64,000 nt of DNA from the human T2T-CHM13v2.0 reference genome, Homo sapiens. The stretch lies in assembly GCF_009914755.1 (NCBI RefSeq), contig NC_060935.1; one strand, 5' to 3'. This document shows positions 1 through 10,582 of this stretch, piece by piece. The translations under genes and the position numbers were made by a program. The notes under the pieces were generated by a model, which worked only from the letters and a program-made list of their open reading frames with translations, had not been told where the DNA came from and did not search any database. The stretch's first letter is position 1. The number at the start of each line of letters is the position of its first letter.

Positions 1-384
1 CTTTCCTTGTCTATTAAGTGACCGGTTTCAGAGGGTTTTGTTTGTTTGTTTCTTCAGGGACAAAACAGGGAGTTAGGCAGCCTGGAGTTTGAATTCAGCT
101 CAGAGCCCAGGAACCATTTATAACTATCTCTCCCTTGCTAGTTCACTTTAACTTCCTAAAGCTGTGCACACTCCATGGCCTGATTCTTGTGATTTGATTC
201 TCCCTCATCCCTCAGTATTTACATTGAAATGAATAGATTGCTCAAATGGTTATCTGTGACAGTTCTCTGTGACTCAGTTTCCATAACTCTGGAGTAACTT
301 GTCTAAATATACTCATCTCTGAGATGTCAGCATGATTCTAACACTTAGTCCAAGTAACAACTCTGGTAGATTAGAAAACAGGAC

Positions 385-2039
385 CCCTAAATTCCTATCA
401 AAATCTCAATGATAGTTCATGTAGAAATAGGAAAGTACATGCTAACATTCATATAGAGGCTTAAGAGACCCCATATAGCCAAAACAGTCTTGAAAAAGAA
501 GAATGAAGTTGGAAGGCTCACACTTCCTGATTTCAAAGCTTACTACAAAGACACAGTAGTCAAAACAGTGTGGTACTGGTATAAAGACAATATGCAGACC
601 AGTAGAATAGAATAGAGACTTTAGGAATAAACGCTTGCATATATGGTCAAACAATTTTTGACAAGGGTGCCAAAACTATTAAATGAGAAAAGAGTAGCCT
701 TTTCTACAAATGGTGTTGGGAAAACTGGATATCCACATGCACATAAATAAATAAATAAATATGAATCCTTATCTTATACTACATACAAACATTAACTCAA
801 AATAGATCAAAATGTAATAACTAAAACTATAAAGCCCTTGGAAGAAAACATAGGGGAAAAGCTGCAAGACATATATTTCACAATGATTTCTTGGATATGG
901 CAATAAAAGAATAGGCAACAAAAGAAAACATAGATAAGTTGGACTTTCTTAAAATTAAAATGTTTCTATATGGGAAAAACTCTATTACACAGAGTGAAAA
1001 GGTAACCCATGGAATGGGAAAATATTTTCAAATCATATATCTGATGAGAGATTGGTATATACCATATATAAATAATTCCTACAACTTAACAACAACAGAA
1101 CAAACAACCCAATTAAAAAATGGGCAATAGGCTTGAAAAGACATTTCTTTAAGGAAGATATAGAAATGGTCAATAAGCACATGGAAACATGTTTAATATC
1201 ATCAGACATTAGGAAAATGCAAGTCAACACTATAATAAATTACCACTTTACACTACCACTTTACACTAAATTACCACTTTACAACATTATAATAAATCAC
1301 CACTTTACACTAGGTTGACTACTATCAGAAAAAAAAAAAGGAAGAAGACAAAGAAAATACAAGCATTAGCAAGAATATATTGCAAGTGGGAATGTAAGAT
1401 GGAGTGCAGTCCCTGTGGAAAATGGCATGGAAATTCCTCGAAAAATTAAGTGTAGTTACCATATGATTCAGAAATTCTACTTCTGGATATATATACCAAA
1501 AAGAAGTGAAAACAGAGACTCGCACAGATATTTGTATACTCATGTTCATAGCAACATTAGTCACAATAGCCAAAAGGTGGATGCAACCAAGTCACCATCA
1601 ATAGATGAACGGATAAAGAAAATGTGGTACACACATACAATGAAATATTATTTAGCCCCAAAAAGGGAATAAATTATTACATGTTACAACATGGATGAGC
1701 CATGAAAACATTATGGTAAGTGAAAGTAACTGTTCACAAAAGGATAAATACTGTATGATTCTCCTTATTCCACGTACCTAGAGTAGTCAAGTTTATAGAG
1801 ACAGGAAGTGGAATGGTGGCTGCTAGGGGCTGGGCAGGAGAAGGGAATAGAGAATTACTGTTTCATGTGTACGGAGTCTCAGCTGGGGAAGATGAAAAAG
1901 CTCTGGAGATGAATGATAGTGATGGTTGCACAACAATGTAAATATGCTTGATGTCACAGAACTGTACATATTAAATGGTAAATTTTATGTCATGCGTGTT
2001 TTATATTTTCCCACAATAAAACAAAAGAAAAGAAAAAAA
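385..2039 (+). mobile_element. Old L1 (L1MB-like): degenerate ORF2 3' part, 3'UTR and A-rich tail
   Basis: L1 ORF2-like sequence (aaagcttactacaaagacacagtagtcaaaacagtgtggtactgg; ORF 1415..1672 ends KSPSIDERIKKMWYTHTMKYY), L1MB-type 3'UTR (ggttgcacaacaatgtaaat), A-rich end near 2015-2039. Confidence 0.85.
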
Positions 2040-2525
2040 CCTGACGATATAATTGTCTACCTAGAAAACCCTAAAGACTACTACAAAATCTCATAGAACT
2101 GATAAAAGAATTCAGCAAAGTTTCCTGATACAAAATTAATGTACACAAATCAGTAGCTCTCCTATACACCACCAGCAACCAAGCTGAGAATCAAATCAAG
2201 ATCTCAACTCCTTTTACAATAGCTGCAAAAAAAGTAATAATACTTAGGAGTATACCTAACCAAGGAGGTGAAAGACCTCTACAAGGAAAACTACAAAACA
2301 CTGCTGAAAGAAATCATAGCTGACACAAACAAATGGAAACACATCCCATGCTCATGGATGGGTAGAATCAATATTGTGAAAATGGCCGTACTGCCAAAAA
2401 AAATCTACAAATTCAATGCAATTCCCATCAAAATACCACCATCATTCTTCACAGAACTAGGAAAAAACAATCCTAAAATTCATATGGAACCCAAAAGGAG
2501 CCCGCATAGTCAAAGCAAGGCTAAA
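2040..2525 (+). mobile_element. L1PB/L1PA-type ORF2 reverse-transcriptase fragment
   Basis: Starts at the RT catalytic region (ctgacgatataattgtctacctagaaaac, approx. DDIIVYLEN); ORF 2268..2543 [15 protein letters not shown]...[18 protein letters not shown] is canonical L1 ORF2. Confidence 0.9.
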
Positions 2526-2559
2526 CCAAATTTACTATTTTGAAGTATAGCTAAAATCA

Positions 2560-2878
2560 TGTAGTGGGGACTATGCTAAGCTGTTCAAAGCCCCCCTTCA
2601 GGGCTGGAGGGCTTACTCCAGATGCTGGGGATGCCCTCCTTCAGCTGAAAAGAATGACCTCTCACAAGGCCAGGTTGCATTCTTGGGGTGGCTTGAATCG
2701 GGTGATCAGTCAATATGAGGATATTACAACTATTTTCAGACCTCTCAAGGTGGGGCTGAGGTTTTGTGGTGCCTGCCCTGAGGCCCAATTTCCTCTTCTT
2801 TATTAGTAACCTGTTTATTTCCCTTCCCACACAGATGTTGATCCTGAAAGTAATTCCTAATAAACTTTCTGCACAATA
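2560..2878 (+). mobile_element. ERVL-type LTR remnant (LTR16-like)
   Basis: 3' part acagatgttgatcctgaaagtaattcctaataaactttctgcac resembles the recalled LTR16 consensus; begins TG. Confidence 0.45.
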
Positions 2879-3372
2879 AAAAAAAAAAAGGGAAATGAAA
2901 ACAGCACCTCTTCCTTGATGCTTTACTTCCACTGATGCCAGAAAAAAATCATCATAACAACTGCATAAATATATGATGGGTGGGATTTGCAAAACACCCC
3001 TTGAAGCTGTGCAGTGCACAACCCACACAAAGGAGCACTGGTTCTATGTCAACCTCTGTCTCATTTCTCCCGCGTTTGGGAGTCCCCAGCACCATTGAGC
3101 TGGATTGACTGATGAGTGCCCGCTAGTCTTTAACCAGTGCCTGAGCCAGCCTTGAACAGGGAGGAAGCACATCAGTTGCCCCAGCCCCGCCATGGGTTAG
3201 AGTTTGTAAGTAATTTCTCACGTCAATCAGATTTGGAACATGAGAAGCTAAGAGTGAGCTGGGAGGGTCCCGAGAGACTTTCACTCTTTAGCTTTGTGGG
3301 CTCAAGTTTACCTCCTGGTCCTTACACTTTCCTGGCTCATGCTCAGTTCTTTGGATAAGCCAGAGAATAAAC

Positions 3373-3585
3373 AGATTAAGTTGGACTTTCTCAAAATTAA
3401 AAATGTTACTATATGGAAAAAACACTATAAACAGAGTGAAAAGGCAACCCATGGAATAGGAAAATATTTTCAAATCATATATCTGATGAGAGATTGGTAT
3501 CTACCACATATAAAGAATTCCTATGACTTAACAATAACAGAACAAACAACCCAGTAAAACAAACAAACAAACAAACAAACAAAAA
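3373..3585 (+). repeat. Second copy of the L1 segment at ~932-1120, followed by (AAAC)n
   Basis: Visual alignment with 932-1120; ORFs 939..1130 and 3294..3557 share [17 protein letters not shown]. Confidence 0.85.
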
Positions 3586-3959
3586 CGGGAAGAAGATTTT
3601 CAGCCTCTCTTAGCCTCAGGTCTTAAGTTGTCTTAAGACCTGTCTCTTGTGTTGGTCTTAAGATGCTGTGCTTCTCAGACTCCATTTTGCCTGTATCAAT
3701 AGTGAAATAAAGTTCTTAGGGTATCTGTGAGTCCTAAGATCAAACCTGGGGTCTCCATTGTCAATAACAATAGGAAAGAAGCTCTAAATTAGGGCACTAT
3801 TCCAAGTTCATTTTTCAAGTTGTGTAAGTCAAGCTAGTGCATAAGGTCTTGGTGGTGCTGAGCAAGAGTTAACACCAATTTAACTTACTTTATAACCTGA
3901 TAATAAAGTCCTCACATTAAAAGAGAAGAAAAGAAAACTGTCTTTTAAGCCTCCTTCTC

Positions 3960-4790
3960 CCACAAGCTTGCCTCCCTGCCATTATCCCACTACTCCTTCA
4001 ACATCACACTGCTGGAGAGAGTAGTCCACACCCCTGGCTTCTCTCTCCTCCCCTCCCTTTCATTTCTGGGACCATGATGTCTCCTTTTCCCTCCATTCCA
4101 TGAATACTGTTCCCCCAGGGGCCACTAAGGACTTTCCAATGGTCAAATTCAGGAAATTCTTTTAAATCTTCCTCTTTTTTGACCACCTCAAAGCTTTCTT
4201 CTTTAGGTTTTGTGACATTGTCATGTTTCAATTTTCTTTCTAGCTGTCTGTTTTTCAGTATTTCATTGATAAGTCCTTCTGCCTGTACCTTAAACATTGA
4301 TGTTCTCTGGGCCCTCTCTGTCTGTCTTCCACACATTTCCACTTGGATGTCTCTGAAACATCTCAGACTTAGCATGTGCAGAGCTGACATCATTGCTTCT
4401 TTGCTTATCACCTGGTCTGAATCTGCCCCTCTTCTTCTGCTCCCTGTCAATGTTACCAGCAACTATTCAATTGCCCACACTGGACCCTTAGCGGTTGTCA
4501 CTTTCTCAAGATCTGTATCACATACACCCGTATAGCTCCACTAAACAAAATGGTAATCCCTCTCCGCCCCAGACTCTCTGTCCCCTTATCTCTCCTTATT
4601 GCTTTCCTTAGCACTTATCACCATCTGTACACTACTAAATGTTTAAGGATTTATTCTCTGTCTTCCCCCATAAGAAGGAAATCCCATGAGGGCAAAGGCT
4701 CTACTTTGTCCACGGCTACATCCCCAGTGTCCAGAGCAGTGCCAGGCACTTAGTTGAGAATCCATAAATATTTGTTGAATGAATGAAAGG
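3960..4790 (+). mobile_element. L2 LINE remnant
   Basis: Typical L2 3' end agtgccaggcacttag...ataaatatttgttgaatgaatgaa at ~4738-4788, with pyrimidine-rich L2 body upstream. Confidence 0.75.
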
Positions 4791-6394
4791 AACTTGGATT
4801 TCTTCCTCTGCCTCATACTTCCATCTTCACAACATACCCAGGTCCACCTGTTCTTATCTTATCTTGGAATTGCAAATCTGGGCTCCTTTTTGCCTCCTTT
4901 CCCACTGTCGCTTTCTTAATTAGTCCCTGTCACCCTATCCAGAGCTATCATGGCCTCCTAGCTTGTCTCCTTGCCATGGCTGTCTTCTTGGACCATTCTC
5001 TGCTTCCTCTCTAAAGAACTTTCTCTCTAAAGCACAGTCTGGAGTCTCCTTCCTCTGCCTCAATCCCATGGATGTTCACTTTGTAGATGCTCATTAATGT
5101 GTGCCTGACAGCCTGGGCCTCTCTCTGGGGAGAGAGGTCCAGTGAGGGCCACAGTTTTGTCCATTTTAAAATGAGGATCAGGAAGGGATTGAAACGCAAC
5201 AGAGCTCACAGATGTAGGCACCGACTAGCGGAGATATACAGAATTGGAGACAAGTGACATATCCTGTTAAAAGAATTTGGGAGTGATACTGGGAGTGTGG
5301 ACTGGAATGACTGGGGCAGCATTCTAGAATGAATCATTACAACAGAGATCAACAACCACACGGGGTAGGGAGGGGCTGGAGAGAGAGAGGGAAAAAAAAG
5401 AAATTCAGTCATACTCAAGTGAGATTGGATTTCCACACTTGCCTACATTGAAAAGCTAAAAATAGGGACATTTGGGGAGAAAAATAGTGAGGAGTCTTTT
5501 AATTCTACTGACAGGACTATAAGGAGGGAGGTTTGCAGGGAAGAATGTGTCTCTCACTCTTAGGGGCAAAATTGGAAAAATTTTTATTTTGGGGGCCCCA
5601 ACCTTCACTCTCCCCACTCTACCCCCTGCCTGTTCTCTCTATCTTTCCTCACCATCAAAACCTCTTTTTTAAGGAAAGAGTCTGATAACATTCATTTACA
5701 TAAATCTGTAATATTTAATGTGGTGATTTTAGATGTTAGAAGCAGAAGTCTGAAATCAAAGACACTTAAATACAGCAACCATTAAAAAAAGACGTATATA
5801 ATTCACTGCATCTAGCACAGGGCTAAACCCAGTGGTTGCTCCGCAAATATTTGTTGAAAGATGTTCAAAAAAGCCTTATTTATATTATCAAACTCCACAA
5901 ACAATATAAATATGCAAAAATGGGGAAACCATTGCAAAATCATCCATATGAAGAAATATTACATAGCTATAAAAATATCTAGAAAAGCTTTTTAATGATC
6001 CAGAGGAATAAATGCTTATACTGATGTTAGGCAAAATCAGCAGGATTCAAATTGCTACTATAATATGTCAATTATAAAAATCATATGCACATACAGAAGA
6101 CAAAATCTATGAGTATCTCTGGAATCTGTGGGATTTGGGGTTATTTTTAGTTCTTTCTACTTTTCTGTACTTTTGAATTGTTTATACTTGGAATGAGAGA
6201 AATAGCCCAAAGTAAACGTTGTGGAAGATTTACTTGGGGGAAGAAATACTTTTCAGGGGTCCAAGCTAATTACACTGTACTGGTGTGGCCCACTTGGTCT
6301 ATTATAGAGGAGGAAAGTGGGGAAGAGATGGGGCCTGTCCAATAAGGATGGATGTCCTGACAGTAGAGGATGGACTTTTAAAAACTGCTACAGC

Positions 6395-6717
6395 GGCTGG
6401 GTGCGGTAGCTCACGGCTGTAATCCTAGCACTTTGGGAGGCTGAGGTGGGCAGATCACGAGGTCAGGAGTTCGAGACCGGCCTGACCAACATGGTGAAAC
6501 ACCGTCTCTACTAAAAATACAAAAATTAGCTGGGCGTGGTGGCGCGCGCCTGTAATCCCAGCTACTCAGGAGGCTGAGGCAGCAGAATCGCTTGAACCGG
6601 GAGCAGAGGTTGCAGTGAGCAGAGATGGCGCCACTGCACTGCAGCCTGGGCGACAGAGCGAGGCTCCATCTCAAAAAAACAAAACAGAAACAAAACAAAA
6701 CAAAACAAAACAAAAAA
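6395..6717 (+). mobile_element. Full-length AluS (AluSg-like)
   Basis: Both Alu arms, linker ctactaaaaatacaaaaa, (CAAAA)n tail, TSD aaaa(c)ctgctacag on both sides. Confidence 0.97.
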
Positions 6718-7505
6718 CCTGCTACAGGAGTGGGGAGGCCGACCTTTGAAGAAAAACGGAGTACCCGGTAACATTAGTGCTTTAATGCCTTTGAACTTAT
6801 GCAGACTTCCTCTGTTAGAGGGTTTCAGTGTTCTAGGCTAATGGGTTAACCTGACATCTAGAACACCTTTCTCACATTAGTTCCTTACATACCCAAGCCT
6901 TCAGGTGCTGAGACATGATTCTTTTCACCCCGCTTTCTCCACCCCCTACTTTTGAAAACACGGGTGGAATTTTAATTAAAGCCTATTGTGTTGGTACCTC
7001 AGTAATATTATACATTAATATCTTTAAGAATTAAGGTCACGTCCCCATGTAAGAAAATATTATTTAATGACGCTTCTATATCATAATACCTATATAAAAG
7101 CCTGGCTATTTTAATAAAGAGACCACAGATTTCAGAATTTATAAACAGGAAAACATTTTCTTCGGGTTATTTCTGGAAATCTCTTCCAAACATCGGAGTT
7201 TTCTTCTAACTTAAGTCTCTTCCCACCTCCTTCCCAGGGGATCTGCTGAAGGGTGTTGTATGTCTCTCTGTGGGAGAGCAAACTTCACAGTTAGGATAAA
7301 ACAAACAAACAAACAATATCCAAACAACACCCAGCAACGGCAACCCCCATCCCTCTCCAAAGTTCTAATTTCCCGCACTTAAAGTCCTGGGCTATCCTTG
7401 TGTTGCAAGGATCTTAGAATCGAAATGGAGGGATTTGACAACTTTACCTAACCAAATCTAAAATTTTGCTTTTATTATTTACTAGTTATCAAAATATGCA
7501 AACTG

Positions 7506-7514
7506 CTGATTAAG
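7506..7514 (+). promoter_or_regulatory. Homeodomain-binding motif CTGATTAAG in the NCAM1 promoter
   Basis: TGATTA/TAATCA core; resembles the HBS-II element described for the mouse Ncam1 promoter (from recall). Confidence 0.5.
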
Positions 7515-7835
7515 GAAGGCTGGGTAGCAGGAGCGCCTGCGAAGGCGTAGGGTAGAAGTGTGAAAAGAAATCCCAGCTCTCCCAGGGAGACTGCGTGTGA
7601 AAGAGCCCGGCTCCCCCAAAAGCTCCAGGCCGCGTTTTGCAGGCTTCCGCATCTGCCTCCCCTGTCTCTCTTACCTCCTTGATGTTCGGCACTATTTGTG
7701 GCCGGCGTGGTGGAAGGACACAGTGAGGTTCTCACCCCCGCCCCCCGCTCCTCGCTCCCATCCCAGTTCCATCAAAACGAACCCGGGCCAGCGCAAGGAT
7801 CTCCGAGTTGCGAGTGTGCTGAGGCTGGGACTGTC

Positions 7836-8028
7836 ACTCATTCTCCGATCAGCGCGTGAACGCAGCTCGGCTGCCGCTGGCAGGAAACAATTCTGCAAAA
7901 ATAATCATACTCAGCCTGGCAATTGTCTGCCCCTAGGTCTGTCGCTCAGCCGCCGTCCACACTCGCTGCAGGGGGGGGGGCACAGAATTTACCGCGGCAA
8001 GAACATCCCTCCCAGCCAGCAGATTACA
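7836..8028 (+). other. NCAM1: NCAM1 exon 1 5'UTR (TSS approximate)
   Basis: Matches the recalled NCAM1 mRNA leader; no upstream ATG; G10 run at 7971-7980; exact TSS cannot be read from sequence. Confidence 0.75.
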
Positions 8029-8080
8029 ATGCTGCAAACTAAGGATCTCATCTGGACTTTGTTTTTCCTGGGAACTGCAG
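8029..8080 (+). CDS. NCAM1: NCAM1 coding exon 1 (signal peptide MLQTKDLIWTLFFLGTA plus 1 nt, phase-1 intron)
   Basis: ATG at 8029 with A at -3 (attacaATG); peptide matches the NCAM1 N-terminus; 52 nt followed by donor CAG|GTACAT at 8081. Confidence 0.97.
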
Positions 8081-8851
8081 GTACATTTTTTTTTTTTTTA
8101 ATTCTCAATCTGGTTTGCTAATTACCCCTTCCTCCTACTCCTAGGAGGAACGCTATTATTTTGGGTGGTTTTACGTGGACTGCTAAGGCTGGTCATTTTC
8201 GTTTAGCTGTGAAAGGAGCGCGTCGCCCTTGCTGCCCAGCCGAACCCCGCTCCCTCCAGGGCTGCGCTGCACGGGGCTGCCTCCCCGAGCCGCCAGCGCC
8301 CGGCGCCCCTCCGGCGCGTCCGCCCTTCCCACTTTGTGCGCCCGCGGCGGTGGGAGCAGAGCCGGCCGGCTCCTGGGGACTCAGCGGCCGCGCTGGTGAT
8401 GGGCAGCGCTCCTTCCCCAAAGGCGGGCGGCGGGGCGGGGGAGGTCGCGGCTCGGGTGGTGCCGCCGCACGGGCTCGGATTCCGAGGGGGAAGTGGCTTG
8501 TCAGCCCCGGCTCCGGGAAGAGTGAACAATAAGGCTAGGGCAGCCGCCCCAGATCGTTATATTCCTGGGTCTAATAAAGTCAGGATCGCTGCTTTGCTTC
8601 CCCCGCCCCAGAAGAATAACGGTTTGCAAAATGGGGCAAAATGGGCAGAATCGCACGGCCGTTGTTGTTGGTGTGACCGTTGTTGCACCCCAGTCGACAT
8701 GACGTTAGTTTTTCATTTGCCAAATTGCTGGTTAGTTGCAAAGCCTACCCTCGGCCGCGAGCACTGAAGGATGGGAGGGTCGAGCGCCGCGTTTTGACAG
8801 GAGGAAGTGCGGAGGGGCGGAGGGCGAGGAGGGCGTGATTGGGGCTGCCTG

Positions 8852-8881
8852 GTGTGTGCGCGCGCGTGTGCGCGCGTGTGT
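8852..8881. repeat. Alternating purine-pyrimidine (GT/GC)n tract
   Basis: gtgtgtgcgcgcgcgtgtgcgcgcgtgtgt, 30 nt. Confidence 0.9.
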
Positions 8882-10545
8882 CTTTACACGCGCCGCGTGC
8901 CCAGTGTTGCACGGGGCGGGAGAAGAATGGCAGGTAGCCGCCCGAAACACCTCGCCCTGTCTCCTTTCTTTGGGCGAGGTTCCCGATCCTGGCAAAGTGT
9001 GAACAATAGGGAGCTGGGAGGAAGACAGTAGTGATGCTGCCGCGGGTGGCGGGGGTTGCGCCGCCGCCCAGAGAACCTCGGCAGTGTGCAGGGAGGTGCA
9101 TTTCATTTTGGCTATTTCCATCCCGGCCTCCCTGGAAAATTCTTCTGTGCGTGCCCACCCTCCCCTCCAGCTGTCATCCCCCCACCTCCACCCAAGGATT
9201 TGCGCTTTGGCTCTGATGGACGGGAGGGAAGGAAGAAAAGCAGGGGCCGCAGAGAGCTGGGTGGGTTGGGCGGACATTCTGGGCGGGGGGCGTGTGCTGG
9301 GAAGCGATCGAGGAAAGCCGGGCGGAGGGGCTGTGTGTCGCGGTCGCAGCTCCAGGTACCGTTGTACCTGCCCTGGACGGCCGACCCCCGGTTGGGGAGC
9401 GCACGGGGCGGGCCAGGGAGCACCCAGTGCGCCCCCTCCGCGGGCGGCACAAGAGCAGCGCTCGGCCGCCGCCTCCAGCCAACTCGGGTCCCTCCCACGG
9501 CGACCAATCAGTGCGAAGCTGGCTGGGCGGGAAGCCGCGAGAGGCTTTTATTGCGGCGCGGGTGGCGGCCAGGAGCTGCCAGGACAGTCTCCCGGTGCTT
9601 CAGCCTAACGGTCTCGCTCACTCACCGCCAAGAGAAACCCCGCCCTGCGGCCGGTCCCCCGCCTGCCCGGCAGTTTCCGAGGAAATAAAATGGAGACTAG
9701 GTGGTCACCGGGAGTGCTCCTGGTCCGGCCGCCCGTGCTCGCCCACTCTCGCCTCTTTCACGCCGACTTGGAGCATCCCACCGCCCCCGCCAGCGCTCAC
9801 TCTCGCGCCGCGGAATCCGGGCCTGAGCGCGTCGCCGGGGAGGGCATCCTGGCAGGCACACCGACGCGCGTGCGCTGACCGGCCGGCCGCGGGCCGGGGG
9901 CTCTACTGGCGGCGGGGCGGGGCCGTGGCAGGGCCCGGAGAGGAGGGGTGGGGACCAAGCCTAGTCCGCCTGGCCCTGGGTCTCCGCTGCCACCTGGGCG
10001 GGGGCCACCCCGGTTATGCCCCTTTCCGCGGTGCCCGTGGGTGCCGCGACGCGACCTGTCCACATGGGGCGGGGGAAGGGGGGTGTTTTTGAGACATCCT
10101 CGCCCCCGGGTGGGAGCGTGACAATGGAGCCCGGATATTTGGTGGGCCTTTTGGGGGATCGCCTGGCGGTCCTTTCCATCATCGTGATGGGTACAGTCAT
10201 CAGTATTTGGATCCCGTGGAAGTTGCAGGCCCAGGAATTCCCACTGGGATGTTCCTGGATGCCCAGGCAGGGGAGGCATTCTAACCAGTGTTCCCTGGAA
10301 TGAAAGCGACCTCTTTCCTGGCCCGGTACCTTGAGGATGGGAAGAAGGCAGAACGTGAAACACATACAAGGTTGCTTAACAAAAGAAAGAAGTTGAATGG
10401 TTTTCCAAAGAGAAATAATTTCCCATTAAAATGTCTTTTGTACCATAGTTTTTTTTTAAAAAAATCAAAGAATTCAAGTCAAAGGGTTAGAATGAAAATG
10501 AAAACATAACAACAAGTATATATACATATGTATATATATCTGAGG

Positions 10546-10582
10546 TTTTTTTTTTGTTTTTTTTTTTTTTGTTTTTTTTTTT
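10546..10582. repeat. Poly(T) tract
   Basis: ~37 nt of T with two G interruptions. Confidence 0.95.

Larger units (their letters stand above)
7530..10190. promoter_or_regulatory. NCAM1: CpG island / TATA-less NCAM1 promoter extending into intron 1
   Basis: Very high GC and CpG density against a CpG-depleted background; GC box CCCCGCCCC at 7736-7744; Inr-like TCATTCT at 7838-7844; no TATA box. Confidence 0.93.

Noticed and set aside
7597-8121. 174-aa ORF as a complete protein
   Set aside because: It begins at a GTG upstream of the likely TSS and runs through the splice donor; only 8029-8080 is supported coding sequence
8161-10369. Many long overlapping ORFs (up to 266 aa) on both strands
   Set aside because: Expected from stop-codon scarcity in a GC-rich CpG island; Gly/Ala/Arg/Pro-rich, no recognisable domains, mostly non-ATG starts
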